A stretch of 39,701 nt of DNA from Thermodesulfobacteriota bacterium (lineage in GTDB: Bacteria; Desulfobacterota; Binatia; UBA12015), in NCBI GenBank assembly GCA_040755575.1, contig JBFMAS010000612.1, positions 1 to 39,701 of the forward strand, written 5' to 3'. Both the position numbers and the translations under genes were made by a program. Shown in pieces: positions 7,559-17,276 of the stretch; position 1 is the stretch's first letter; each line of letters opens with the position of its first letter. A model generated the notes under the pieces. It did no database searches, was not told where the DNA came from, and saw only the letters and a list, made by a program, of their open reading frames with translations.

Positions 7559-8962
7559 GTGAAAGACGAGACGACGCGCGCAATCCGGACGATTGCCCTC
7601 ACCTTCACGCTGGCGATCCTGCCGGGGTCCGCGGTGGCGGCCAAGGCGGGGCTCGCCGGGCTACCGAGCTTCAGCGAGGTCGCCCGAGGGGTGAGCCCCT
7701 CGGTCGTCAACCTGTCGATCACGGCCAACGTCGGCCCCGCGTCGGTGCCGCGCGGCCTCGGCGGCGACGAGTTCTTCGAGCGCTTCTTCGGCGGCCAGAT
7801 GCCGCGCACGGCCCGCAGCCTCGGGTCGGGCTTCGTGCTGACGTCGGACGGCTACATCGCCACCAACGCCCACGTGGTGGACCGAGCGAGCAAGATCACG
7901 GTCCGTCTCGCGAGCAAGGAGGAGTACCCCGCGAAGGTCGTGGGCGTCGACTCGAAGACCGACGTCGCCTTGATCAAGATCGACCCGAGGGAGCCGCTGC
8001 AGCCGGCCGACCTCGGCGACTCGAGCTCGCTCGAGGTGGGCGAGTGGGTGATGGCCATCGGCAGCCCGTTCGGGCTGGAGCAGACGGTGACGGTCGGCGT
8101 CGTGAGCGCCAAGGCACGCGTCCTCGGCGCCGGCCCCTATGACGACTTCATCCAGACCGACGCCGCGATCAACCCGGGCAACTCGGGCGGCCCGCTGGTC
8201 GACAGCGAGGGCCGTGTGGTCGGCATCAACACCGCGATCTCGAGCCGCTCGGGCGGCAACGAAGGCGTCGGCTTCGCGATTCCCATCGGGCTCGCGAAGA
8301 ACGTGCTCGACCAGCTTCGCGAGACCGGGCGCGTACAGCGCGGCTGGCTCGGGATCGGCATCCAGGACGTGACGCCCGAGCTGGCGAGCTCGTTCGCGCT
8401 CGACGAGGCGAGCGGCGCGCTCGTCGCGAGCGTCGCACCCGGCGGCCCGGCCGAGCGTGCGGGCGTGCGCCGAGGGGACGTGATCGTGGAGTACGACGGG
8501 CGTCCGATCGAGGACAGCCATCAGCTGCCCGCGCTCGTCGCCGAGACGCCGGTGGGCCATAGCGCCCGCATGATCGTGGTGCGCGACGGCGAGCGGCGCG
8601 AGCTCGACGTCGACGTCGCGGAGCTGCCCGAGGAGCCCGAGCGACGGCTCTCGGCGCTCGGCGACACGGGCGACGACTCGGACGCGTCGCTCGGGCTCGC
8701 GGTGGCCGACATCACGCCGCAGCTCGCACGCCGCAGGCGCCTCGCGCGCGACAGCGGCATCGTGGTCACGGCGGTCGAGCCGCTGGGACCGGCGGCCGAG
8801 GCCGGTCTCCGCCCCGGCGACATCGTACGCGAGGTGAACCGCAAGCCGGTCGCCTCGACGAGCGAGTTCCGCGATGCGCTTCGCCAGAGCGACCGCGACG
8901 ACGTCCTGCTGCTGGTGCAGCGCGGCGAGACGACGCTCTTCCAGCTCCTCAAGCGGAGCTGA
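7559..8962 (+). CDS. periplasmic serine endoprotease DegP/DegQ/HtrA (two PDZ domains)
   Basis: Starts at GTG 7559 with GAGGAG 8 nt upstream, followed by a signal-like N-terminus. The catalytic triad context is TNAHVV, DVALIK and GNSGGPL. Two PDZ-like repeats are present (GALVASVAPGGPAERAG.., GIVVTAVEPLGPAAEAG..). Confidence 0.95.
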   Translation: MKDETTRAIRTIALTFTLAILPGSAVAAKAGLAGLPSFSEVARGVSPSVVNLSITANVGPASVPRGLGGDEFFERFFGGQMPRTARSLGSGFVLTSDGYIATNAHVVDRASKITVRLASKEEYPAKVVGVDSKTDVALIKIDPREPLQPADLGDSSSLEVGEWVMAIGSPFGLEQTVTVGVVSAKARVLGAGPYDDFIQTDAAINPGNSGGPLVDSEGRVVGINTAISSRSGGNEGVGFAIPIGLAKNVLDQLRETGRVQRGWLGIGIQDVTPELASSFALDEASGALVASVAPGGPAERAGVRRGDVIVEYDGRPIEDSHQLPALVAETPVGHSARMIVVRDGERRELDVDVAELPEEPERRLSALGDTGDDSDASLGLAVADITPQLARRRRLARDSGIVVTAVEPLGPAAEAGLRPGDIVREVNRKPVASTSEFRDALRQSDRDDVLLLVQRGETTLFQLLKRS

Positions 8963-9018
8963 GGGTCGCGCGCCGGCCGTGGCGTGGGCCGGGGAAACGG
9001 CGTAGAGTCTGCGGAGGG

Positions 9019-9591
9019 ATGGATCAGAAGCCGATCATCGAATCGCACCCCACCGAGTTCTTCCGCGAGCTCGTTCAAGAAGCGATGCACGCACAAGGCT
9101 TCAGCTCGAAGGAGGAGACCGAGTACTACCTGGTGCGGCTTCTCGAGCAGCACCTCCGGATGCGCGCCGACCTCCTCGACAAGCCGCTCGCCCTCGTCTT
9201 CCTCGAGGCGGCGAACGTCGCCGGCGTGGAGCGCTTCCAGCGCCTGAAGCTGGTCGGCGACACGGCGCTGTTCATCCTCGGCCTGTTCGCCGACTGCCTC
9301 GAGCGCACGCTCGTGCAGCCGGTCTACTACGTGTCGCTCGGCCAGCTCGCGTACCGGCGCGTCGCGGACGTCGGCAGCCCGCAGGTCCGCGAGATGTTCG
9401 AGAGCCTCGCGGCACAGTTCACGGACCTGGTGCGCGTCCTCGGCGAGATCAGCACGCGGGACCTGTTCGCGAGCGATCGCGACACGCTGCGCGTCTACCG
9501 GCGCTGGCTGCTGACGCGTGGCGCCGTCGATGCGTCCCTGCTGGTCAGGCGCGGCATCATCCCCGGCGAGCCGAGCAAGGCGCGCCACTGA
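9019..9591 (+). CDS. hypothetical protein (190 aa, predicted all-helical)
   Basis: G/C-rich third positions run throughout. It lies 56 nt downstream of the DegP-like gene on the same strand. No motif was recognised. GGAGG is only 1 nt from the ATG, so the start is uncertain. Confidence 0.6.
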   Translation: MDQKPIIESHPTEFFRELVQEAMHAQGFSSKEETEYYLVRLLEQHLRMRADLLDKPLALVFLEAANVAGVERFQRLKLVGDTALFILGLFADCLERTLVQPVYYVSLGQLAYRRVADVGSPQVREMFESLAAQFTDLVRVLGEISTRDLFASDRDTLRVYRRWLLTRGAVDASLLVRRGIIPGEPSKARH

Positions 9592-9593
9592 TG

Positions 9594-9616
9594 GCCGCGC
9601 GCTCGTCGCGCGCGGC
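9594..9616. terminator. GC-rich hairpin between convergent genes (possible bidirectional terminator)
   Basis: GCCGCGCG(c) tcgtc (g)CGCGCGGC forms an 8-9 bp stem in the 42-nt gap between the stops at 9591 (+) and 9634 (-). There is no U-tract. Confidence 0.35.
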
Positions 9617-9633
9617 GAGCCGTCCGCCCTGCC

Positions 9634-10287
9634 CTACGACGCTGCGCGCGCGCGTCCCTCGCCCGGCTTGCGGGCGATCATGACCGTGAACAGCGAGCGG
9701 GGCGACGTCTTGTAGCGACGGACCAGCTCGAGCGGCACGTTCTCGATGAGGTCCTTCAAGCGCAGCGTCGTCCGCCAGCCGAGCTTTCTCGTCACGGGGT
9801 CCAGACGGTCGACGACCGAGGCGATCACGGGGCGCTCGCTGCGGAAGTGGTTGATCACGACGATCGTCCCGCCCGGACGGCACACCCGTACCATCTCCCG
9901 CATCATGCGCTGCGGCTCGGGCACCACGCTGACGACGTGGAACGACGTCACGTAATCGAAGCTCTCGTCGGCGAACTCGAGATTCTGCGCGTCACCGACC
10001 GCGAGATCGACGTGCGTCCAACCCTCGCGCTGGATCTTGCGGCGGGCGCGCTCGAGCATGTCGGGCGCGAGATCGATGCCGGTCAGATGGCAGTCGCGTG
10101 GATACGCCGACAGGGACAAGCCGGTACCGACACCGACCTCCAGCACCTCCGCACCCGGCTCGATACCGAGCTCCCGGATGACGCGCTGGATGCGCGGGAA
10201 GAACACGCGCTCGAAGATCTTGTCGTAGTAGCGGGCGAACTCCGAGTAGATCTTGCTCTCGTGTGGAAGTGCTACCGGAGTGGCCAT
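9634..10287 (-). CDS. class I SAM-dependent methyltransferase (possibly phospholipid N-methyltransferase-like)
   Basis: SAM motif I is EVLEVGVGTGLSL, with an acidic loop (LTGIDLAPDM) and post-I/II motifs (FDYVTSFHVVSVVPEP, RVCRPGGTIVV). The N-terminal YYDKIFERVFFPRIQ and overall size recall Rhodobacter-type PmtA. That resemblance is from memory only. Confidence 0.8.
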   Translation of the reverse strand: MATPVALPHESKIYSEFARYYDKIFERVFFPRIQRVIRELGIEPGAEVLEVGVGTGLSLSAYPRDCHLTGIDLAPDMLERARRKIQREGWTHVDLAVGDAQNLEFADESFDYVTSFHVVSVVPEPQRMMREMVRVCRPGGTIVVINHFRSERPVIASVVDRLDPVTRKLGWRTTLRLKDLIENVPLELVRRYKTSPRSLFTVMIARKPGEGRARAAS

Positions 10288-10424
10288 GCCGTCCTCCTAG
10301 AAGCGCTTCGCCCGCGGGCCGCGCCGGATGACACCGTCTCCCGTGGCTGCCGCCATCCTTGGCATTCGGGCAACTCGAACAAATGCAGCGCCGCGGCGAC
10401 CGTGCCGACCCCGATCAACGACGT

Positions 10425-10616
10425 TCAGGCGGCGGTGGCCCCGCGCAGCTGCCGCTTGAACGAGGTGATGTCCTGCTTGCGGAACCGCCACTGGCGACCG
10501 GTCTTGAAGGCGGGCAGGATCTGCTTGCGCGCGTACTCGTTGACGGTGTCCGGACTCATGTCGAGCAGTTTCGCGACGTCACGGCTGTTGAGCAAAATGT
10601 CGTCTCTCTCAATCAT
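10425..10616 (-). CDS. stand-alone excisionase-family (HTH_17, Xis/BldC/AlpA-like) DNA-binding protein
   Basis: 63 aa. LLNSRDVAKLLDMSPDTVNEYARKQILPAFKTGRQWRFRKQDI matches the winged-helix excisionase/MerR-N pattern. Confidence 0.75.
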   Translation of the reverse strand: MIERDDILLNSRDVAKLLDMSPDTVNEYARKQILPAFKTGRQWRFRKQDITSFKRQLRGATAA

Positions 10617-10851
10617 GACTCACGTCCACGCTGAAGGGGATGAGTCTGGGTACCATGCGGCGCTCCGCAGGGTCAACCGGAGGGGCTCGGGCGACGCCTT
10701 TCGCGGCACCGGCACGGAACACGATTTTCGAGCGATTTCAAGTAGTTGACGACGCGGTCGCGGCACCCGCCGCGTGCACTCCGGCCGCCGGCCGACGCTC
10801 CGCGGGCCCCGCCAGCGCCGTTGCTGCGCTGCGCCTTGCGGGCGCGCAAAT

Positions 10852-10886
10852 CCGTGCGGCGGCGCCCGGCCGGACACCCCGCACGG
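10852..10886 (-). terminator. weak terminator-like hairpin after secD
   Basis: On the minus strand, immediately after the secD TGA: CCGTGCGG - 19 nt - CCGCACGG followed by ATTTG. The loop is large and the U-tract is poor. Confidence 0.25.
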
Positions 10887-10889
10887 AGT

Positions 10890-12446
10890 TCAGACGCTGA
10901 CCGTCGCCAGGCGGCGTCGCGACAGCTTCCAGTCGTAGTAGATGCGCGTCGCGAAGACCGCCGTGAACACCGTGGTCACGATGCCGATGCACAGCGTCAC
11001 CGCGAAGCCCTTCACCGGCCCCGAGCCGAACTGGAACAGGATCAGACCCGAGATCAGGGTCGTGATGTTCGAGTCGCGGATGGCCGCCCACGCGCGATCG
11101 TAGCCGGCCTCGAGCGCGGCGCGTGGCGTCTTGCCGGCGCGCAGCTCCTCACGGATGCGCTCGTTGATGAGCACGTTCGCGTCCACCGCCATGCCCATCG
11201 TGAGCACGATGCCGGCGATGCCGGGCAGAGTCAGCGTCGCATTGAACGCGGCCAGGACGGCGAGCATGAAGACGACGTTGAGCGCGAGCGCGACGTCGGC
11301 CAGGATGCCGGCGCCGCGGTAGTAGTACATCATGAAGAGCACGACCAGCGCGCCGCCGACGAGCAGCGACAGGACGCCCTGACGGATCGAGTCGCGGCCA
11401 AGCGAGGGACCGACCGTCCGCTCCTCGATGATCTTGATCGGCGCGGGCAGCGCGCCGGCGCGCAGCACGATTGCGAGGTCGCGGGCCTCCTTGATGTCGA
11501 AGTTCCCGGTGATCGAGGCGCGACCGCCGGCGATCTTCTCGCGGATGACCGGGGCGGAGAACACCTTGCCGTCGAGCACGATGGCGAGGTTGCGCCCGAC
11601 GTTCTCTCCCGTGATGGCCTCGAACTCGCGCGCGCCGCGGTCCGACAGCACGAGCTCGACGTACGGTCCTTCGAGCTGCGTCCCCGGCCGGACGCGCGCA
11701 TCCGCGACCGCCGAGCCGGTCATGAGCACCTTCTTCTCGAGCGTGTAGTCGCGCGGGGCGCCGGCCACGGGCTCAGCGGCGAGCAGCTTCTCGGTTCCCG
11801 CGCCGCCGCTCTCCGACACCAGGCGGAACTCGAGCACCGCCGTTCGTCCGATGAGGTCCTTGGCGCGCTGCGGGTCCTGGACGCCCGGCAGCTGAACGAC
11901 GATGTCGTGGTCGCCCTGTCGCTGGATGCTCGGCTCGGCGACGCCGAACTGGTCGATGCGGTTGCGGATCGTCTCGAGCGACTGGTCGATGGCGAAGCGG
12001 CGGATCTGCTCCTGCTCGCGCGGGCTCGGTGCGAGCTTGAAGACGGTCTGGCCACCATCGGCGGTCGTGGTCTGCAGCGTCAGGTTGGGGAAGCGGTTCT
12101 TCACCAGCTCCTCGAACGCCTCTCGCTGATCGGCCGACGTCAGCGGCACGGTGAGGTCGATTCCCTGCTGGGCGATCTCGCCGGTCGCGATCTTCTGCTC
12201 CTTGAGCTCGCGCCTGAGCTCCTCGCCGGTGCGCCCGATGCTGTTCTCGACGGCCTTCTCGACGTCGACCGAGAACAACAGGTGCGTGCCGCCGCGCAGG
12301 TCGAGGCCGAGGTGCAGCGGCTCGCGCGCGACGAAGCTCGGCAGCGGCATGCTCGCCGGGAGAACGAGCGGAGACAGGTAGACGAGCGCGCCGATCGTCA
12401 GGACGGCGAGCGCGATGATGCGGTAGACGACGTTGCCCGGATTCAT
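10890..12446 (-). CDS. secD: protein translocase subunit SecD
   Basis: 518 aa from ATG 12446, which overlaps the yajC stop (ATGA). The sequence begins LGLDLRGGTHLLFSVD, has a large periplasmic domain and a C-terminal 6-TM block (..ITTLISGLILFQFGSGPVKGFAVTL..). The part of the track ORF upstream of 12446 is an out-of-frame overlap with yajC. Confidence 0.93.
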   Translation of the reverse strand: MNPGNVVYRIIALAVLTIGALVYLSPLVLPASMPLPSFVAREPLHLGLDLRGGTHLLFSVDVEKAVENSIGRTGEELRRELKEQKIATGEIAQQGIDLTVPLTSADQREAFEELVKNRFPNLTLQTTTADGGQTVFKLAPSPREQEQIRRFAIDQSLETIRNRIDQFGVAEPSIQRQGDHDIVVQLPGVQDPQRAKDLIGRTAVLEFRLVSESGGAGTEKLLAAEPVAGAPRDYTLEKKVLMTGSAVADARVRPGTQLEGPYVELVLSDRGAREFEAITGENVGRNLAIVLDGKVFSAPVIREKIAGGRASITGNFDIKEARDLAIVLRAGALPAPIKIIEERTVGPSLGRDSIRQGVLSLLVGGALVVLFMMYYYRGAGILADVALALNVVFMLAVLAAFNATLTLPGIAGIVLTMGMAVDANVLINERIREELRAGKTPRAALEAGYDRAWAAIRDSNITTLISGLILFQFGSGPVKGFAVTLCIGIVTTVFTAVFATRIYYDWKLSRRRLATVSV

Positions 12447-12772
12447 GCCGACTTCTCCTCGCTGCCCTTGTCCGACCCCGACTTGCGAACCACCTGGCTC
12501 ACCGACGAGCGCTCGATCCGGACCTGGACCTTCGGGGCGATCTCTATCACGACGACCTTGTCCGCCAGCCGGACGATCCTGCCGTAGAGGCCGCCCGTGG
12601 TGATCACTTCCTCGTTCACCTTCAGGTTGTCCAGCATCTGCTGGGTCTCGCGCGCCTTCCGCTGCTGCGGGCGCACCAGCAGGAAGTAGAACACGACCAG
12701 GATCATCGCGAACGGCGCCAGCTGCAAAAGCGGGCTGTTCGGTCCGAGCGCGCCTCCTCCGCCTTCGTTCAT
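12443..12772 (-). CDS. yajC: preprotein translocase subunit YajC
   Basis: 109 aa with a single TM followed by RPQQKR-type motif (LLVRPQQRKARE..L..L...EVITTGGLYGRIV). Its ATG overlaps the tgt stop (ATGA). Confidence 0.92.
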   Translation of the reverse strand: MNEGGGGALGPNSPLLQLAPFAMILVVFYFLLVRPQQRKARETQQMLDNLKVNEEVITTGGLYGRIVRLADKVVVIEIAPKVQVRIERSSVSQVVRKSGSDKGSEEKSA

Positions 12773-13968
12773 CTGTCTCGTCCTTCTTCTTCGGGGCGAA
12801 GCTCGTCACCGTCCGGCGCGTCGAGGTCGACTCCCATCGACGCCGCCTCCTGGTGCAGCTCGCCGCGCTCGATCGCGCGGCGCAGCCGCGTCATGCGATC
12901 GAGGTAGAAATGGAGATTGTGCGTGGTCAGCAGGCGTGCCGCGAGGATCTCGTTCGACACGAACAGGTGGCGGATGAAGGAGCGCGAGAACCGGCGGCAC
13001 GCGACGCACGCGCACACCGGGTCGAGCGGGCGCGTGTCCTCGCGATGCTCCGCGTTGCGGATTGCCAGCCTGCCTTCCGAGGTGAAGGCCATGCCGTTGC
13101 GCGCGTTGCGCGTCGGCAGGACGCAGTCGAACAGATCGAAGCCCATGGAGACGAAGCGGACGAGCTCCTCCGGCGTGCCGACGCCCATCAGGTAGCGCGG
13201 GCGATCCTCCGGAAGCAGCCGCACGGTGTGCCGGGCGACGCGCTGCGTGAGGCGGCGCGCCTCGCCGACCGACAGGCCGCCCACGGCATAGCCGTCGAAG
13301 CCGAGAGCCACGAGGTCGGCGGCGCTACGCTCCCGCTGGGCGGGGTCCATGCCGCCCTGCACGATCGCGAACACCTGCTGATCGCCGCGCCGACGAGCGT
13401 CCCGCGCACGGCGCGCCCAGCGCGTCGTGCGCTCGACCGCCCGCTGCACCGCCGCACCGCCGGCGTCCGCCGCGACGCATTCGTCGAGCACCATCGCGAC
13501 GTCGACGCCGAGCGTCTCCTGGAGCGCGATGACGTCCTCGGGACGGAAGTAGCGCCGGCTGCCGTCGACGTGGCTCTTGAACTCGACCCCGTCCTCGTCG
13601 ATGCGGCAGAGGCTGTTCAGGCTGAAGATCTGGAAACCGCCGCTGTCCGTCAGGATCGCGCCGCGCCAGCCGGAGAACGCGTGCAGGCCGCCGTGGCGCG
13701 CGATCACCTCCGCGCCGGGCCGCAGCGCGAGGTGGTACGCGTTGCCGAGCACCATCTCGGCGCCGAGCTCCTCGACCTCCCACGGCGCCATCGCCTTCAC
13801 GGCGCCCAGCGTGCCGACCGGCATGAAGGCGGGCGTCTCCACCGGCCCATGCGCCGTGTGGAGACGCCCGCGACGCGCCCCGCTGCCGGGATCGCGGCGC
13901 AAGACCTCGAAGCCGAGCTGCGGCGCACGGGCGCTCGCGGCGGCGCCGTCTGCGGCGTGGGCGGGCAT
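12769..13968 (-). CDS. tgt: queuine tRNA-ribosyltransferase (tRNA-guanine transglycosylase)
   Basis: Contains ETPAFMPVGT, LTDSGGFQ, AIVQGG and the zinc site CACVACRRFSRSFIRHL. Confidence 0.96.
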   Translation of the reverse strand: MPAHAADGAAASARAPQLGFEVLRRDPGSGARRGRLHTAHGPVETPAFMPVGTLGAVKAMAPWEVEELGAEMVLGNAYHLALRPGAEVIARHGGLHAFSGWRGAILTDSGGFQIFSLNSLCRIDEDGVEFKSHVDGSRRYFRPEDVIALQETLGVDVAMVLDECVAADAGGAAVQRAVERTTRWARRARDARRRGDQQVFAIVQGGMDPAQRERSAADLVALGFDGYAVGGLSVGEARRLTQRVARHTVRLLPEDRPRYLMGVGTPEELVRFVSMGFDLFDCVLPTRNARNGMAFTSEGRLAIRNAEHREDTRPLDPVCACVACRRFSRSFIRHLFVSNEILAARLLTTHNLHFYLDRMTRLRRAIERGELHQEAASMGVDLDAPDGDELRPEEEGRDR

Positions 13969-14021
13969 TCCGATCGTTTAGCAGACGCGGCTCTGCTCGC
14001 GAGGCCGCGGCCGCTGCGCCG

Positions 14022-15131
14022 TCAGGCGATCAGCATCGCGTCGCCGTAGCTGTAGAAGCGGTAGCGGGCGCCGACCGCCTCCGCATACGCCCGGCGCATC
14101 GTCTCGACGCCGCCGAACGCCGCCACCAGCGCGAGCAGGGACGACCCGGGCAGGTGGAAGTTGGTGAGCAGCGCGTCGATCACCTCGAACCGGTCGCCGG
14201 GTGCGAGCACGAGGGACGTCTGCTGCATGCCCTCGGGCCAGCCGGCGCGCGCCGCCGACTCGAGCGCGCGGGTCGTCGTGGTACCGACGGCGACGATCCG
14301 CCGGCGTCCCTTCGCGGCACGCAGCAGGGCGCCGGTCGCCGGCGGGATCAGGTAGCGCTCGGGCTCGACGGCGAGCGGCGCGCGCCCGGGACGCCCGGCG
14401 AGAAACGTCGCCGGCCCCACGTGGAGGACGACTTCAGCGACCTCGACGCCCGCGGCGCGCAGGGCCGCAAGGACCCGCTCGCTGAGGTGGAGCCCCGCGG
14501 TCGGCGCCGCGATCGAGCCGGGCTCGGCGGCGAACACGGTCTGGTAGCGCCGCCAGTCCTCGGCGAGCGCGCCGTCCGGGCGCCGAATGTACGGCGGCAA
14601 GGGCGGCTCGCCGAAGCGCGCGAGCAGCTCTGCCGGGTCCTCGCCCACGGGCAGCTCGACTTCGGCGTAGCCCTCGGCGAGCCGCACGATCCTCACCTCG
14701 GGGCGCGCCGCTGCCTCGGCAGCGCCCGGCGCATGCGGCGGCCGCACCAGCGTCAAGCGCTGCCCAGGACGCAGCCGGCGCGCTGGACGGACGAGCGCCT
14801 TCCAGCGCTCGGCGCCGAGCGGCGCGACGAGCAGCACCTCCGCTGCGCCTCCCCCCGCGCGCCGGGCGCGCAGGCGCGCCGGAAGGACGCGGCTTCGATT
14901 GACGACCAGCACGTCACCGGCGCGAAGCCAGCCGGGCAGCTCGCCGATCGACGAGTGCACCGCCGCCACGTCGCCGTGGCGCCTGACCACCAGGAGACGC
15001 GCACCGTCGCGATCGGGCGCCGGATGCTGCGCGATGAGCTCCGCCGGCAGGTGGTAATCGAACCCCGCGGCCGGTGCGCCGGAGCTTCGCTCGCTCGGCG
15101 CGTCAGCCGGACTTGCCATCGACGAAGGCAC
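14022..15131 (-). CDS. queA: S-adenosylmethionine:tRNA ribosyltransferase-isomerase
   Basis: Contains [31 protein letters not shown] and TAGLH. The start is GTG 15131 or ATG 15119. Either overlaps the upstream SPFH gene by 17-29 nt. Confidence 0.95.
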   Translation of the reverse strand: MPSSMASPADAPSERSSGAPAAGFDYHLPAELIAQHPAPDRDGARLLVVRRHGDVAAVHSSIGELPGWLRAGDVLVVNRSRVLPARLRARRAGGGAAEVLLVAPLGAERWKALVRPARRLRPGQRLTLVRPPHAPGAAEAAARPEVRIVRLAEGYAEVELPVGEDPAELLARFGEPPLPPYIRRPDGALAEDWRRYQTVFAAEPGSIAAPTAGLHLSERVLAALRAAGVEVAEVVLHVGPATFLAGRPGRAPLAVEPERYLIPPATGALLRAAKGRRRIVAVGTTTTRALESAARAGWPEGMQQTSLVLAPGDRFEVIDALLTNFHLPGSSLLALVAAFGGVETMRRAYAEAVGARYRFYSYGDAMLIA

Positions 15132-15852
15132 GTAGCAGCTCGATCGGGATCGGAAAGATCGTCGTCGTGTTGCGATCGCTCGACACCTCGACGACCGTCT
15201 GCAGGTAGCGCAGCGTGAGCGCCATCGGGTGCGTCGACAGCACGCCGGCCGCGTCGGCCAGGCGCTGCGCCGCCTGGTACTCGCCCTCGGCCGCGATGAC
15301 CTTCGAGCGGCGCTCGCGCTCGGCCTCCGCCTGGCGCGCGATTGCGCGGCGCATCTCCTGCGGCAGGTCGATGTCCTTGATCTCGACGGCCGTCACCTTG
15401 ACGCCCCAGGGCTCCGTCTGCTCGTCCACGATGCGCTGGATCTGCTCGTTGATCTTCTCGCGCTCGGCGAGCAGGTCGTCGAGATCCCCCTGGCCGCACA
15501 CGCTGCGCAGCGTCGTCTGGGCGATCATGTTCGACGCGTAGACGTAGTTCTCGATCGCGATCACCGCGTTCATCGGATCGACGATGCGGAAGTAGAGCAC
15601 CGCGCTCACCTTCACCGAGACGTTGTCGCGCGTGATGACGTCCTGGGGCGGGATGTCCATGGTGACGGTACGGAGGTCCACGCGGCGCATGGTCTCGATG
15701 AACGGGATGATGAACACCAGGCCGGGGCCGCGGACACCCACGGCACGCCCGAGACGAAACACGACGCCGCGCTCGTACTCCTGGACGATCTTCACGGCGC
15801 TCAGCACCAGCACCGCGACGAGCACCACCAAGATGGCCAAGGGCTGGATCAT
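15103..15852 (-). CDS. SPFH/band-7 (stomatin-like) membrane protein
   Basis: It has an N-terminal TM helix, an SPFH core ([37 protein letters not shown]) and an Ala/Glu-rich coiled coil ([20 protein letters not shown]). Its ATG overlaps the nfeD stop. Confidence 0.93.
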   Translation of the reverse strand: MIQPLAILVVLVAVLVLSAVKIVQEYERGVVFRLGRAVGVRGPGLVFIIPFIETMRRVDLRTVTMDIPPQDVITRDNVSVKVSAVLYFRIVDPMNAVIAIENYVYASNMIAQTTLRSVCGQGDLDDLLAEREKINEQIQRIVDEQTEPWGVKVTAVEIKDIDLPQEMRRAIARQAEAERERRSKVIAAEGEYQAAQRLADAAGVLSTHPMALTLRYLQTVVEVSSDRNTTTIFPIPIELLRAFVDGKSG

Positions 15853-17276
15853 TCCTCGCTCGCCTCCTTCCGCGAATCGACCGCGTCGACGGGCTCGACC
15901 CGCAGCGTCAAGCCGTCGACGCCGATCACCCGCACACGCGCTCCGCGCTCGACGTCGGCCGTCGCGACGGCACGCCAGAGCTCGCCTTGCAGCATCACCG
16001 TACCACGCGGCGCGAGCCGCGAGCGGGCCTCCCCGATCTCCCCGAGAAGCGCCTCACGGCCGGTCGAAGGCGGACGCCGCTGCGAGCGCACGACGAGGGT
16101 CGCGACGGCCAGCATGGCGATCGCGAAGGCGCCCGCGATGACGCCGATCAGGCCGCGGTCGACGGCCAGTCCGGGCTCGTCCGCGTCGAAGAGCAGCATC
16201 GATCCGAGGACGAACGACACGACACCGCCGGCGCCGACGATCCCGAAGCTCGGCAGGAAGAGCTCGGCCACGAGAAGCGCGATGCCGAGCAGCAGCAGCG
16301 CGACCCCGGTCGCGTCGATCGGCAGGACCTGGAACGCGCCGAGCGCGATCAGCAGGCAGATCGCCCCGGTGACACCGGGAACGAGCGTCCCGGGGTGCGA
16401 CAGCTCGAGATACAGGCCGAGGAGCCCGACGAGGAACAGGAGATAGGCGATGTTCGGGTCGGCGAGCAGGTCGAGGACGCGCTGCTTGAGCCGCATGTCC
16501 AGCGGGACGACTCGCGCGTCGGCGACATCGAGCTTGCGCGTCGAGTCACCGATCGCGACCTCGCGGCCGCTCGCCTGGCGCAGCAGGTCACGCACGTCGC
16601 CCGCGACGAGGTCGACGACGTGCAGTTCGAGGGCCTCCTCGTCCGTCGCGGACACCGCCTCGCGCACGGCGCGCTCGGCCCACTCGACGTTGCGGCCGCG
16701 GCGCGTCGCGATCGCCTTCGCGAAGGAGGCGGTGAAGCTCTTCACCTTCTCGCCCATGGCGCCCTCGATGTCGGAGCCGCTGCCCTGGACGGGCGTGCTC
16801 GCCCCGATGTTGGTCCCGGGCGCCATGGCCGCGACATCGGCCGCCATGACGATGAAGACTCCCGCGGACGCCGCGCCTGCTCCGCTGGGCGCGACGTAGG
16901 ACAGCGTCGGCAGCGGCGCGCCGAGGATCTCCTTGACGATCGTTCGAGTCGAGGCGAGCAGGCCGCCGGGCGTGTCGATGACGATGAGCAGCGCCGCCGC
17001 GCCGTCGCGCTCGGAGCGCTCGATGCCGTCCTTCACGTAGTCGGCGACGGCCGGGTTGATGGTGCCGTCGATGGTCAGGAGATTGACGTGCCCGCCGGCG
17101 GGCGTCGCTTGCGCGTCCGCCGTTTGGGACGGTGCGGGCGACGGCGTCGTGGCGGTCGACGCGGTGCCGGCAGCCACCGCCGCGACCAGCGCCACCGCCA
17201 CGCCGGCGAGCCCGAGCCGGCCGGCGTTCAGCGGTCGAAGCCGAGCCGCGCCATCACCAGCTTGATGTCCTGCCAT
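15849..17276 (-). CDS. NfeD-family membrane-bound ClpP-class serine protease (long form)
   Basis: It has a signal/TM N-terminus, a ClpP-like domain ([28 protein letters not shown]), a central multi-TM block and a C-terminal OB-like domain ([28 protein letters not shown]). ATG 17276 overlaps the UDG gene by 49 nt, so the start is uncertain. The track ORF upstream of it is the UDG gene read in another frame. Confidence 0.88.
   Translation of the reverse strand: MAGHQAGDGAARLRPLNAGRLGLAGVAVALVAAVAAGTASTATTPSPAPSQTADAQATPAGGHVNLLTIDGTINPAVADYVKDGIERSERDGAAALLIVIDTPGGLLASTRTIVKEILGAPLPTLSYVAPSGAGAASAGVFIVMAADVAAMAPGTNIGASTPVQGSGSDIEGAMGEKVKSFTASFAKAIATRRGRNVEWAERAVREAVSATDEEALELHVVDLVAGDVRDLLRQASGREVAIGDSTRKLDVADARVVPLDMRLKQRVLDLLADPNIAYLLFLVGLLGLYLELSHPGTLVPGVTGAICLLIALGAFQVLPIDATGVALLLLGIALLVAELFLPSFGIVGAGGVVSFVLGSMLLFDADEPGLAVDRGLIGVIAGAFAIAMLAVATLVVRSQRRPPSTGREALLGEIGEARSRLAPRGTVMLQGELWRAVATADVERGARVRVIGVDGLTLRVEPVDAVDSRKEASEE

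Noticed and set aside
10288-10889. The excisionase-family gene as a marker of a prophage or integrative element.
   Set aside because: There is no integrase, transposase, phage gene, tRNA target or flanking direct repeat in the neighbourhood. Codon usage matches the host genes.
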